Shown here: positions 36,328 through 46,612 of the stretch, piece by piece
Numbering within the stretch: position 1 is the stretch's first letter
How the letters are laid out: each line of letters begins with the position of its first letter
From: a virus
Virus record (IMG/VR): IMGVR_UViG_3300025133_000028
DNA: 64,000 nt
Reading direction: 5' to 3' (one strand)
Position numbers and translations under genes: made by a program
Notes under the pieces: model-generated
What the model was told of the DNA's origin: nothing
Seen by the model: only the letters and a program-made list of their open reading frames with translations
The model's database searches: none

Positions 36328-37316
36328 TATCAGTAGTAATACCAACACATAAACCAAACATAAAACTATTACGTATGGCTCTACAAGCTTTAGCTACTCA
36401 ATCTTTAGATAAAGATAAATACGAAGTAATATTGGTAGAGAATCCCGATTTTACTGAAGAAGTTCAAGATATTGTATATGATTTTACAAACAAAATGAGA
36501 ATAAGTCGTATTAGTTCTAGTCTTGGTTCTAACAACGCCAGAAACGAAGGCATCGAACATTCTCAATATGATTTAATCGCCCTAATGGATGACGATTGTG
36601 CTCCAAACGTATCTTGGTTGGCTAGACTTGTTTCTCTTAGGGGTGTGTATCCAGAAGCAGGCGTTATTGCAGGTCCACTACTTCTAGACTATGTTGATAT
36701 TCCTAGACCGTTTTGGCTGACTGGTGATTTAGAGTATTTGCTAAGCCGTGTCTACTGGGATAATCCACCTACCGTACCATACGGACCATTTGACTTAAAA
36801 GGACATTTAGACAACACATGGATAGTATCAGCTAATTTATGTTTTACTAAAGAAAGATGGAAAGCTGTTGGTGGATTTAACGGAGATATTGGCTACCATG
36901 GGCTAAGTCACAGAATTGGCAACGACGAACTAGAGTTTGTTATTAACTGTTCTAAACTGGGGAAAATAGAAATACTCTACGACAACGCTCTTATGGTACA
37001 ACACCTAATTCCAAAAGATAGATGTAATATAGACTACTTAATAAAAAGAGCATACGGACAAGGTTTTGCCGATGCTGTAATGTGGCAACAAAACAACCCC
37101 ACAAAATTAGTGGGAGATTTTTACCACGATTATCTACAAAACAAATTGTTTGAAGTCTCACGATTATCAGTACAAGAGGTTAGAGAAGACCTTAAACAAG
37201 AAGATAACACTAGGTTATACTTGACTAATGTTATTAAATGCAAAACATCATATCTTGTTGGAGCACAACATAGTATTTTAGGAGAAGACCCTTGGCAAAA
37301 ACTAAATCAATTATAG
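36324..37316 (+). CDS. glycosyltransferase family 2
   Basis: ISVVIPT, ARNEG, MDDDC, VGGF. Confidence 0.88.
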   Translation: MISVVIPTHKPNIKLLRMALQALATQSLDKDKYEVILVENPDFTEEVQDIVYDFTNKMRISRISSSLGSNNARNEGIEHSQYDLIALMDDDCAPNVSWLARLVSLRGVYPEAGVIAGPLLLDYVDIPRPFWLTGDLEYLLSRVYWDNPPTVPYGPFDLKGHLDNTWIVSANLCFTKERWKAVGGFNGDIGYHGLSHRIGNDELEFVINCSKLGKIEILYDNALMVQHLIPKDRCNIDYLIKRAYGQGFADAVMWQQNNPTKLVGDFYHDYLQNKLFEVSRLSVQEVREDLKQEDNTRLYLTNVIKCKTSYLVGAQHSILGEDPWQKLNQL

Positions 37317-37975
37317 TCTGCCCTGGTAGGTGTGGAAGCACACTCTTAATTAGGAGTCTAAAAAAATACTATCCAATAACAGAAGAAGTATGTTCTGATG
37401 TTAAAAGAGGAAATCCAGAAGACGACTTTATAATGGATAGCGAATGGGCTAAATATTTCAATAACGATGCATCAAAACTAGAATGTCCAGAATTCTTAGA
37501 CTTTACGTTTGAACACGTAGACGTTGTCAAATTACAATACTTTCAATTTATAAATAACCCCGTATTAATAGAATACATGAAGAAGAAAAATATTATACAT
37601 CTATACCGGAAAAATCGCTTAAATCGCTTGGTCTCTGAGAGGACTGCTAGAAGAAATAAACGATGGCATGACCATTCGGATTTAAAGCCTGTTATAATTT
37701 CCGCATTTGATATCAAAAACATTATTAGAGGAGACATTAGACTATGGGAGCAGGTTCAAGAGACGTTTGATATAACTACTACTATTACATATGAGGGACT
37801 GATTTCAGATTGGGAAAGAGTTATTGAGATTTTCCAGAAACAACACCAGTGGAAGAAACACGCGGTTGAAAAAGCGGTTTCACAATCTATAACCAAACCT
37901 ATTAACGAAATGATACTAAATTATGATTTATTACAAGGAAACTTAGATGAATGCGAACACTACCTACCAGTTTGA
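37292..37975 (+). CDS. sulfotransferase (Stf0-like)
   Basis: PGRCGSTLL, IIHLYRKN...VS, ITYE. Confidence 0.75.
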   Translation: MAKTKSIIVCPGRCGSTLLIRSLKKYYPITEEVCSDVKRGNPEDDFIMDSEWAKYFNNDASKLECPEFLDFTFEHVDVVKLQYFQFINNPVLIEYMKKKNIIHLYRKNRLNRLVSERTARRNKRWHDHSDLKPVIISAFDIKNIIRGDIRLWEQVQETFDITTTITYEGLISDWERVIEIFQKQHQWKKHAVEKAVSQSITKPINEMILNYDLLQGNLDECEHYLPV

Positions 37976-38513
37976 TAACGACTGGTTTTCTAGCAGGATA
38001 CCCAATTTTGAAAGCATTTTAGTAAGCAAATTTAACTTTTGCGAATTTCATGGTTTAGAAATCGGCGTTAATGAAGGTCGATGCTCATTTTGGTTTGCAG
38101 AAAACCTACTTAAATATCACCCAAAGTCTACACTTGACGTAGTAGATGTAGAATTTAGACCAAACTTCTGGAAAAATCACGAAATTTGTCCACATAGAGA
38201 GCAAATTATACCTCACGAAACCTATTCATATATTTTCCTTAAAGAATGTCGTAAGTTGTTTGATTTCATATACTTAGACGGTAATCATTGTTCTAGCAAC
38301 ACAGTTGAAGATGCCGTCATGGCATGGAGATTGCTAAAAAAAGGAGGAATCTTAGCATTTGACGATTATACTTGGGAAGTAGAAATGTGGGATGGGACTC
38401 GCCCAAAAGAAGGAATTGACGCTTTTTTACAAGCTTATGAGGGAAAATACGAGATTTTGATTAAAAAACACCAAGTTTGGATACAAAAAACGACTGAAGA
38501 AAAAATGATTTAG
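37947..38513 (+). CDS. class I SAM methyltransferase (Methyltransf_24-like)
   Basis: LEIGVNEGR, FDFIYLDGNH, LKKGGILAFDDY. Confidence 0.88.
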   Translation: MNANTTYQFDNDWFSSRIPNFESILVSKFNFCEFHGLEIGVNEGRCSFWFAENLLKYHPKSTLDVVDVEFRPNFWKNHEICPHREQIIPHETYSYIFLKECRKLFDFIYLDGNHCSSNTVEDAVMAWRLLKKGGILAFDDYTWEVEMWDGTRPKEGIDAFLQAYEGKYEILIKKHQVWIQKTTEEKMI

Positions 38514-38516
38514 TTG

Positions 38517-38544
38517 TTGCAAATCCACGCAACTGGTGTATACT
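38517..38544 (+). promoter_or_regulatory. tmRNA promoter
   Basis: TTGCAA-N16-TATACT, also matches GTGTATA. Confidence 0.7.
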
Positions 38545-38556
38545 TTATTAGAGTTT

Positions 38557-38850
38557 GGGCCAGAATTAGAATCGATTCGGCAAAAGACGACAGAACTGCA
38601 TGTGGTAGTTGGACGAATGGCTACTTTAAAAATCGTCTAAAATGTTAATTGGCAACAATTTGCAATTGGCTGCGTAAGCAGGTGAGGTTGTTTAGTACCT
38701 TATAACCCAAACTAAACTGGAGACCCCGATGGTTTATGGAAACCGTTCATAAACGGAACCAAACGCTGATTCTCGCCATGGCGGGTAAACATGTAGACGT
38801 TTTGTTTGATGTTGTTAGAAGACGCGAAGTGCAACTCTTCGCCTGGTCCA
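38557..38850 (+). ncRNA. ssrA: tmRNA, tag (A)GNNLQLAA*
   Basis: acceptor GGGCCAG/CTGGTCC-A with G3.U; T arm GCGAAG-TGCAACT-CTTCGC; tag ORF 38651-38677; CCA not encoded. Confidence 0.9.
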
Positions 38851-39008
38851 TTTATATTTTCCCCCCAGAATTGATTGATTTTTGTAAAAACGTAGTAAAA
38901 CACAATAATCATTAATCTAGTTACACACGATTGGGAAGGTTGGAATGGAAAAATCGATTTAAACGAAGTAGAATGGGTAATTGACATTACCAGAAAGAAA
39001 ACAAAATA

Positions 39009-39911
39009 ATGCACATAATTGAAAGACTAACTAAAAACAAAGTAATACAACCTCCGCAGTGGTTACCCACTAATGTACACTATCTCGTAATTACTGGTAG
39101 TGAGAGTTATGGTGTATCTTCTGGTAATTCAGACATTGATGTTAAAGGTATATCCATTCCTCCTAAAAACATGTTATTCCCACATTTAGATGGTAAAATT
39201 CCAGGTTTTAATTGGCCAAGCGAAAAAGAATACAACAAAAAAACCAATTGGCAATCACACCACAATCATGATGTAAGCACAGGTAAAGAATACGACCTTG
39301 ATATTAAGTCTATTACTAGGTTTTTCTTTTTAGCATACGGTTGTAATCCTGATATTATTGACAGTCTATTTGTTCCTCCAAGGTGTATATTGTTTGAATC
39401 TAAAGCAGGACAACTAATGAGAGACGAGAGACATTTGTTTCTGTCTAAACTAGGTTGGAATAAGTATAAAGGATACGCTTATGGACAAGTCCGTAGATAT
39501 CTTTATGGTGATGATTACAAACCAGAAGGTAAAAGAATAAAAATCGTAGAACAATATGGCTATGATACCAAAGGTGCTTATCACGTAGTTCGTCTTCTTA
39601 ACGAGATTGAGCAAATTCTAACCACTGGCGATTTAAATTTAGAAATCAACAGAGAACAACTCAAAAGTATTCGTAACGGCGAATGGACCAAAGAACAGAT
39701 TCTGGAATATTTTCACAATAAAGAAAAACAACTTGAGAAAATTTACTTAGAATCAGACCTACAAGCAAAACCAGACAAAGAAAAAATCGAAGAATTGCTT
39801 CGCGAATGTCTGAAAATACAGTATAATGAACTTGAAATCGTGATTGACAAAAACAAAGACCGCAAGACATTAGAAATGGTCTATAGTCTACTACAGGAAA
39901 GGATGTATTAG
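39009..39911 (+). CDS. nucleotidyltransferase, Pol-beta superfamily (RlaP/YcgL-like)
   Basis: GSESYG...SDIDVKG, NPDIIDSLF, YDTK.AYH.VRL. Confidence 0.85.
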   Translation: MHIIERLTKNKVIQPPQWLPTNVHYLVITGSESYGVSSGNSDIDVKGISIPPKNMLFPHLDGKIPGFNWPSEKEYNKKTNWQSHHNHDVSTGKEYDLDIKSITRFFFLAYGCNPDIIDSLFVPPRCILFESKAGQLMRDERHLFLSKLGWNKYKGYAYGQVRRYLYGDDYKPEGKRIKIVEQYGYDTKGAYHVVRLLNEIEQILTTGDLNLEINREQLKSIRNGEWTKEQILEYFHNKEKQLEKIYLESDLQAKPDKEKIEELLRECLKIQYNELEIVIDKNKDRKTLEMVYSLLQERMY

Positions 39912-40471
39912 TGTTTGATGCAATAACAGAGACTAACTATCGTTTTGTTTTTACTATGACTGGTGGTGGAACAGAATTTATTGGAAACCTACTTTCTGGT
40001 GGTGGTTTGTCAAAACATGTACTATCATGTAATGTCCCTTATTCACAAAGAGCATTAAGAAATTACATTGCTAGATGGCACCCTACCCCAAGTCATGTAC
40101 ATTCTCATAAAATTGACAAATACGTTTCTGAAGAAACAGCAATCACTATGGCAACATCGTCTTTTTATGAAGGCCATACTTTAACAGACGATACTGAAGT
40201 AGTAGGACTAGGTTGTACTTCTGCTTTACAACGTAGAGGAGACGACAGAGAAGGCAGAGAGTATAAAGCGTTTTGTGCTTTGTGTTCAGATGAATTAGGA
40301 TTAAAAACATTCAAACTTGAACTTAATAAATCTAATAGAAAAGAACACGAAGAAATGAATGCTTGTTTTATTCAAGAGTGTTTGTTGAGATTTTTAATCA
40401 ATGATACAGAAAGAACATTACACACACCACAAAAATGGGAAGGATTTAAGGATTTTACAGAATGCGTCTAA
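39911..40471 (+). CDS. CinA/PncC-like domain protein
   Basis: TGGGT...GGLS...VPYS...VSEETA..MA...GLGCT. Confidence 0.65.
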   Translation: MFDAITETNYRFVFTMTGGGTEFIGNLLSGGGLSKHVLSCNVPYSQRALRNYIARWHPTPSHVHSHKIDKYVSEETAITMATSSFYEGHTLTDDTEVVGLGCTSALQRRGDDREGREYKAFCALCSDELGLKTFKLELNKSNRKEHEEMNACFIQECLLRFLINDTERTLHTPQKWEGFKDFTECV

Positions 40472-41526
40472 ATTTGTATGCACCTACTAACAAACTAAGC
40501 TACGGAATTTGCGGAACAAACATCTTAAAATGCCTATGTCAAGAAGGAGTTGAGGTAAGCTATTTTCCTATTGGCCCATCATTACCAGACAAAGAGATTA
40601 AAAAATGTCATGAAAGAGCTATGGTCGGTTATGATAGAAATGCTCCTTGTGTTAAGATATGGCATCAACATGGACTACAAGAAATGGTTGGAAGCGGGTT
40701 GCATGTCGGCTATCCTATTTTTGAGTTGGATACTTTTACTCCCGTGGAACTCCATAGTCTTAGTAATTGTGATGCTCTCTTTGTTTGTTCACATTGGGCC
40801 AAAAAAATTATAGAAAAATACATAGACGTGCCTACTCGTGTTGTTCCTTTAGGTGTTGACAGAAGTATTTTTAATCCTACGACCAGCTACAGAACACCAA
40901 GAGATACAGTGTTTTTAGCGTCTGGAAAGTGGGAAATACGAAAAGGTCACGATTTTTTAGCAGAAGCGTTCAACAAAGCGTTCAATAGTGACGATAATGT
41001 ACAACTGTGGATGGCGTGTAGTAACCCTTTCCTCACGGAGGAACAAACCAATAAATGGCATACTTACTATAAACAACAATGTGGTGACAAAGTTAGATTT
41101 ATTCCATATGTTGATACTCAATCTCAACTTGCAGATTTAATGAGTAAAGTAGACTGTGGCGTATTCTTATCAAGAGCAGAAGGATGGAATCTTGGTCTTT
41201 TAGAAATGATGGCTATGGGAAAACAAGTAATAACAACAGATTATTCTGGACATACAGAATTTTGTCATGGTAAAAATTCATTATTAATCGATACAGAACA
41301 GGTTGAACCAGCAAACGACGGTATTTGGTTTCATGGACAAGGCAATTGGGCGAAACTTGGTGATAAACAATTAGAACAAACTATACATACGCTTAGATTA
41401 ATACATCAAGAAAAAAATAAGAAAGGGTCTCTTGACGTAAACACATGCGGAATTGATACAGCAAAAAAATACACTTGGACTAACAGTGCTAAAACCATAA
41501 TTAAGCACCTAGGAGAATTGAATTGA
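40462..41526 (+). CDS. glycosyltransferase family 4 (GT-B)
   Basis: VPLGVD, KWEIRKG, SRAEGWNLGLLEMMAMG. Confidence 0.9.
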   Translation: MRLNLYAPTNKLSYGICGTNILKCLCQEGVEVSYFPIGPSLPDKEIKKCHERAMVGYDRNAPCVKIWHQHGLQEMVGSGLHVGYPIFELDTFTPVELHSLSNCDALFVCSHWAKKIIEKYIDVPTRVVPLGVDRSIFNPTTSYRTPRDTVFLASGKWEIRKGHDFLAEAFNKAFNSDDNVQLWMACSNPFLTEEQTNKWHTYYKQQCGDKVRFIPYVDTQSQLADLMSKVDCGVFLSRAEGWNLGLLEMMAMGKQVITTDYSGHTEFCHGKNSLLIDTEQVEPANDGIWFHGQGNWAKLGDKQLEQTIHTLRLIHQEKNKKGSLDVNTCGIDTAKKYTWTNSAKTIIKHLGELN

Positions 41527-42044
41527 GAACTTTAATTGAATGCGAAACATTGGCCGAAAAAATTCTTTGTAAACACTTTCCTATTATGTCAAAAGACCAC
41601 GAAGCAATTGGAAAAGTAGTTGAATACATCCTTAAAGCAGAACAAAAATATGACCCCACTCTGTCAAAACGTATGACAGAAAACACTTGGGTGGTTTACT
41701 ATGGTAAACTTGGTGCTAGAAAATATTACAACGATACTTTCTTAAAAAGACAAAAAGAACAGAAAAAAGTCCTTTCATTAGACTATGTTTACGATGATGG
41801 CATTAACCTTGAAAAAATGATTGGCAAGAATTCTCCGCCCGAACAATCTTTGATGTGCGAAGAAATCATGACTTTCATTAAAAACAACACAGATTTAACA
41901 ACAACGCAAAAACAATGTTTCATGCTTAAAAACACCGAATACAAAACCTATAGGGACATTGGGAAAAAGTTAGGAATTAGTTACGAAATGGCAAGATTAA
42001 ACAACAATAAAGTAATTAAAAAGGTCAGGGAGGCTTTCGAGTGA
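41523..42044 (+). CDS. sigma70-family factor (region 4 HTH)
   Basis: KYDP; LTTTQKQCF...TYRDIGKKLGISYEMAR. Confidence 0.7.
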   Translation: MRTLIECETLAEKILCKHFPIMSKDHEAIGKVVEYILKAEQKYDPTLSKRMTENTWVVYYGKLGARKYYNDTFLKRQKEQKKVLSLDYVYDDGINLEKMIGKNSPPEQSLMCEEIMTFIKNNTDLTTTQKQCFMLKNTEYKTYRDIGKKLGISYEMARLNNNKVIKKVREAFE

Positions 42045-42391
42045 AGATTTTTGTAGACTTAATAATTGCCGCGATTGACTTGACAAAAAACGAAAAAAAG
42101 GTTATTATACTTGAGGACGGGCTACCTTGTCGAGAAGTAAACGATGATTTGGATTGTGTTTACAAAAAATTATTCAGCGAATTAGCAAACGTGTCTCCAG
42201 ACTATCCTGATTACGTTTTAGTTTCGGCATACAAACAATCGGATGAAGTTCATATAGTTTATGCCTGTATGATTCCCGAAACTATTAAAATTAAAAAAGC
42301 AGAGTGGAGAAATATTTCTAATGTTCAAAACGATTCGGAATTTAGTTTGGATGGCAAAAAGGCCATTTATGAAGCCGCATATAGAATCTAA
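42041..42391 (+). CDS. hypothetical protein, degenerate Nudix-like fold
   Basis: VDLII...KVII...LP...VHIVY; no Nudix box. Confidence 0.55.
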   Translation: MKIFVDLIIAAIDLTKNEKKVIILEDGLPCREVNDDLDCVYKKLFSELANVSPDYPDYVLVSAYKQSDEVHIVYACMIPETIKIKKAEWRNISNVQNDSEFSLDGKKAIYEAAYRI

Positions 42392-42701
42392 AGCTATTAT
42401 CGTCATGTCTTATAACCCAGAAGCAAAAGGAGCACAATTTAATATTAGTTTTGATGGTGATGATGCTAAAACTATAGCTAAACTAGCATTCGTAGGTTTT
42501 AACGGCGGTTTTCCTAGCCAACTTGAACAATGGTTATTAAACAACAAAGACAATGCAGAACAAGCAATAGAACTATACCACGCTATGGTAGACGAACAAC
42601 ATAATCAAGAACAAACAATCCGCAATATGTTAACTCCTCCTAAAACTACTGACGAACCTATTATTTGTCCAACACAAATGTTTATTACAGAAAAAAGCTA
42701 A
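42321..42701 (+). CDS. hypothetical protein
   Basis: 126-aa ORF; start uncertain. Confidence 0.6.
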   Translation: MFKTIRNLVWMAKRPFMKPHIESKAIIVMSYNPEAKGAQFNISFDGDDAKTIAKLAFVGFNGGFPSQLEQWLLNNKDNAEQAIELYHAMVDEQHNQEQTIRNMLTPPKTTDEPIICPTQMFITEKS

Positions 42702-42703
42702 TT

Positions 42704-43198
42704 ATGGATACACATAACCCAATCTTTCTAACAGTTGACGACATATTGGTTACACAATCGGGTTTACGAAATCCAAAAAATCTAGCCAGTATGTATAAGT
42801 ATTTAACATCTGGAAAGCAGTTTCACAGACCTGTGATATATCATATGGATGATGGCAAATATTATATTCATAATGGACACCATAGATTAACAGCAATGTA
42901 TTTTGCTGGCTTTTTTCAGGTCGATAACACAATGGTTAATATTATCGATTTTCAAGTAAGTAAATTTCAGGAAATCAACCACGACGTTGGGTGGGTTACA
43001 CCATATAATATTCAAACTCATGTACGACTGCCAAACTTAAGTTCGTGGAAAAAAACAGTCGAATACATGAAAAAAGTATATACTCTTAAAGAAGTTAATC
43101 GTATTATTGAAGTTTCTGGTCATTTTTACAGTATTCCGCGAAAAATACATTCTATTGTAGATTTCGCAAGAAACTATAGAGGATTTATTGATGATTAG
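42704..43198 (+). CDS. ParB/Srx-like domain protein
   Basis: LVTQ, YYIHNGHHRLTA. Confidence 0.75.
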   Translation: MDTHNPIFLTVDDILVTQSGLRNPKNLASMYKYLTSGKQFHRPVIYHMDDGKYYIHNGHHRLTAMYFAGFFQVDNTMVNIIDFQVSKFQEINHDVGWVTPYNIQTHVRLPNLSSWKKTVEYMKKVYTLKEVNRIIEVSGHFYSIPRKIHSIVDFARNYRGFIDD

Positions 43199-43460
43199 TA
43201 GTATGTTGTTTTTGTTGGGTATAATGAGTTTTAGTTACTTACTTGGTAGTTCTGTTGGTAAGTATTGGGTAAGTAATTACACAAGCGGAGAAAGTTTTGT
43301 ATTTATCTGTTTAACTTTTTGGTCTCTTTTTTCTACCTTGCTAATTGGACCAGTAATGTTAACTTATATGGTGATGTGGATGTTAACTCTAGGAATGGTT
43401 TATGTACTTGGCGAATTAATTTATCCTTTATGGATTATGATTCCAAGTAACAAACTGTAA
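43188..43460 (+). CDS. membrane protein
   Basis: three hydrophobic segments. Confidence 0.65.
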   Translation: MMISSMLFLLGIMSFSYLLGSSVGKYWVSNYTSGESFVFICLTFWSLFSTLLIGPVMLTYMVMWMLTLGMVYVLGELIYPLWIMIPSNKL

Positions 43461-43471
43461 AAGGACAAGTA

Positions 43472-44506
43472 ATGAAACAATATTTGGATATAGTTAGGAA
43501 TATTTTACAAACAGGAACTCCAAAAAACCCAGTTAGAGTAGGTTCTGATGGTAAAGTAGAAAAGGTTGAAAACGAAACGATAGGATTGCCTAACATATTT
43601 TTTAGTCATGATATGGCTGATGGTTTTCCTTTGTTAACTACTAAAAAAGTACACTTTCATAGTGTTGCTGTTGAATTAGAAGGTTTTCTAAAAGGTATTA
43701 CCGATAAGTCTTGGTATCAAGAACGCAAATGTAGTATATGGAACGAATGGGCTAATGACGATGCATGTCGAGACTTTTACGAAAAAAATTACAGACAACC
43801 ATATTTAAGAGATAAAGCAGCAGGTTTAGGTGACCATATTGATGATTTTGGCTTAGTTCCTTATCCAGAAGTTAAAACAATGATTGCAAAATCAGTCTCA
43901 GACCTTGGACCTGTCTATGGTTATCAATGGCGTAATTTTGGTCAACAATACGGTTCAAAAGAATTAGTAGCGGACGACCACGACTGGACATTCCAAAGTA
44001 ACGGATTAAAACATGGACACGACCAGCTTAAAGATGTATTAAACACACTTAGAGATAATCCAACAGATAGGCGTATGGTAATATCTGCTTGGAATCCAAA
44101 TCAAAAACATATCATGGCATTACCTCCTTGTCATTTAATGTGGATTGTGACGGTTTATAATGGTAAAGTCAATCTACATTGGACGCAACGTTCGGTATGT
44201 ACGGGATTAGGGTTATGCTTTAACATAGCAAGCTATGGTTTATTACTAACAATGTTGGCTAAACACGCAAACTTAGAAATTGGAAACCTGTCTGGCTCAT
44301 TAATTGACTGTCATATTTACGAAGACCACATAGCTCCATTGTCAGAACAAATTAAAAGACAACCAAAACAATTGCCGCAAATCCAAATAGACAACAATAA
44401 TGATGATGACAAATATCCTTTTGATTTACTAAGATGGACACATAAGAACTATAAATTAATAGACTATGATTATCATCCACGTATTAAAATGAATGTTACC
44501 GTTTAA
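43472..44506 (+). CDS. thyA: thymidylate synthase
   Basis: FPLLTTKK, IWNEWA, LGPVYGYQWR, MALPPCH, QRS, FNIASY, HIYEDH. Confidence 0.95.
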   Translation: MKQYLDIVRNILQTGTPKNPVRVGSDGKVEKVENETIGLPNIFFSHDMADGFPLLTTKKVHFHSVAVELEGFLKGITDKSWYQERKCSIWNEWANDDACRDFYEKNYRQPYLRDKAAGLGDHIDDFGLVPYPEVKTMIAKSVSDLGPVYGYQWRNFGQQYGSKELVADDHDWTFQSNGLKHGHDQLKDVLNTLRDNPTDRRMVISAWNPNQKHIMALPPCHLMWIVTVYNGKVNLHWTQRSVCTGLGLCFNIASYGLLLTMLAKHANLEIGNLSGSLIDCHIYEDHIAPLSEQIKRQPKQLPQIQIDNNNDDDKYPFDLLRWTHKNYKLIDYDYHPRIKMNVTV

Positions 44507-44620
44507 AATGTTTTATACATACCTTTTTTTAATTCTGTATGTAATCAATCCTCCTGATACACCAATTGCCTACGGAAAATTAAAAGGAAGTCCCAAAATA
44601 AAGTCTACAAAAGGAAAATA

Positions 44621-45307
44621 ATGATAAAAACAATTGAATGGGAAAGTTATGAATACAAGTACGACACTCTACAAAACCGTATTCATGCAGACACAGACAC
44701 AGAAGAAGATACTTCTTACGAAGACGCTCCAGACGATATGGATATGGATATGGATACGTTACTAACAAACGAAGCTAATTCAACGTTGGTACAAACACCA
44801 ATTGGTGTATTTAACGTCTCTGATAGTATGAATCCGTTCAAACACTACAAATTTTGGCTAGGACACACAAATTTTAATATCTCACCAGAAGTCATCAGGA
44901 TAATCAAAAACATTCCTGGTGTAGAAGTATTGCGACCTATTAGTAGATATAGGTTTTTTATTGGTATTGGTAAACTTTTTAACTTATCTGATATACAAGG
45001 AATTATAACAAAAGAATTAATAGAAAATCCTATTGAAAGTAAAATAGATTTAATTAATAACTCAGAAATAGAAGATAGAGTCATTTCATTGATTAATAAT
45101 TGTAGTCAAAGTTATGCCGAGTGGATGATTTATATTTTTCCAAACGGCGAAATTGATTATATCTATAAAGGACAAGAAGACTATCAAGCTTGGGTTGAAG
45201 CATACAAACAGTCTTTTAACATATCGGGTGGTATTCTTATAGGGTCAGATGATGTCAACAAAAATCAAAAGAAGAAACCTATCACAAACAAGCGAACTAA
45301 TATATGA
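44621..45307 (+). CDS. hypothetical large-phage protein
   Basis: WLGHTNFNI...GVEVL..ISRYRF.IGIGKLF. Confidence 0.75.
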   Translation: MIKTIEWESYEYKYDTLQNRIHADTDTEEDTSYEDAPDDMDMDMDTLLTNEANSTLVQTPIGVFNVSDSMNPFKHYKFWLGHTNFNISPEVIRIIKNIPGVEVLRPISRYRFFIGIGKLFNLSDIQGIITKELIENPIESKIDLINNSEIEDRVISLINNCSQSYAEWMIYIFPNGEIDYIYKGQEDYQAWVEAYKQSFNISGGILIGSDDVNKNQKKKPITNKRTNI

Positions 45308-45959
45308 TATACACGAGCATTGTATAAATACCGACAGTAGAGAAATATTCTTACATTCCAATCTATACCTTGAAGAAGAAAAAGGTGTAGATTTTGCTAT
45401 GGCTGTACAGTTTGAAAAGAATATGCGATTGCTAAACAAGTTAGGTGACTTGCCTATTTTAGTACATATGCATACGATTGGTGGTGAGTGGGAGGCTGGA
45501 ATGGCAATCTATGATACCATAAAATATAGCAAATCTCCTGTGGTTATAGTAGCATACGCCAATGCTCGTTCTATGAGTAGTATTATTTTACAAGCAGCAA
45601 CAGAACACGGCAGAATAATGATGCCGAGTTCTGTTTTTATGTACCACCACGGAACTATGGGTCATGAGGGTCATACTATTGAGTATTTGACAGTTGCTAA
45701 AGAACTAGAGAAAAGTATGGATACAATGTTAGATATTTACGTTAATAAGTGTCAATACGGTGAAATATTTACGGGATGGACAGATAAAAGAATCCGCAAC
45801 CAACTCAAAAAAGAGATGGAGCAAAAGATGGATGTTTATCTAAATGCTGACGAAACAGTAGAACACGGATTTGCTGATGCAGTCATAGGAACAGAAGGAT
45901 ATGAGACTATAGAAGACGCACTAACTACTGTTAAACACCTAATGGATGACGAATGTTAA
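45249..45959 (+). CDS. clpP: ClpP-like protease subunit
   Basis: TIGGE..AGMAIYDTI, ARSMSSIILQA, FMYHHG, YLNADETVEHGFAD. Confidence 0.88.
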   Translation: MMSTKIKRRNLSQTSELIYDIHEHCINTDSREIFLHSNLYLEEEKGVDFAMAVQFEKNMRLLNKLGDLPILVHMHTIGGEWEAGMAIYDTIKYSKSPVVIVAYANARSMSSIILQAATEHGRIMMPSSVFMYHHGTMGHEGHTIEYLTVAKELEKSMDTMLDIYVNKCQYGEIFTGWTDKRIRNQLKKEMEQKMDVYLNADETVEHGFADAVIGTEGYETIEDALTTVKHLMDDEC

Positions 45960-46603
45960 GAGAACTAATAATATCCGATAAAAATACATCACAAGAAGAT
46001 TTACTTAAATATTTCGGAGCATCATCAAATTATCTGGTTGATAGGCTGTGTATGCCAGCGGGATTAATTCCGCAATTACACCCATATGTCGATGATTTTT
46101 CATATATTTCTTCCTTAATTGACTTTCCATATGGTTGGTCAAGTTCTAAAAATAGAGTTTCCGAAATCATATCGGCTTACCACATGGGTATTAAAACGAT
46201 GGATTTTGTACTAAGTCCTTACCACATAACGAACTTCAACGTATTAAAAATACAAAAAGAACTCGAAACTCTATCTAATCTCAAAAAAGAATATTCCATA
46301 GAATTACGGCCAATTCTTGAATATCGTCTATTCGATGTTGTAAACTGTATATCTGTTGGTGAAATACTGATGAATTTTGGTTTCAAAACCATCGTAGTAT
46401 CTACGGGAACTATGGTTGATGACAAAAACGATAACATGTTGGTATCATTAGAGTTATCTGACATTGGACTAGACGTTATAACATGTAGTCGTCTAATGTC
46501 AAAGACATTCATGTCAGATTTAGACTCTATTGAGGTTTACGGAGTACGTTTTTGCTCTATTTTCGCCGCAGAAACTGCTTTAGGTCAATTAACTACTCAA
46601 TAA
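45953..46603 (+). CDS. DeoC-like TIM barrel, apparently lacking the catalytic Lys
   Basis: IDFPYG, MDFV, RPILE, VVSTG in place of KTSTG. Confidence 0.65.
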   Translation: MLRELIISDKNTSQEDLLKYFGASSNYLVDRLCMPAGLIPQLHPYVDDFSYISSLIDFPYGWSSSKNRVSEIISAYHMGIKTMDFVLSPYHITNFNVLKIQKELETLSNLKKEYSIELRPILEYRLFDVVNCISVGEILMNFGFKTIVVSTGTMVDDKNDNMLVSLELSDIGLDVITCSRLMSKTFMSDLDSIEVYGVRFCSIFAAETALGQLTTQ

Positions 46604-46612
46604 TACGTAATG

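Noticed and set aside
43472-44506. Intein or intron in thyA (also considered for guaC)
   Set aside because: The insertions are short, in frame and lack splice motifs
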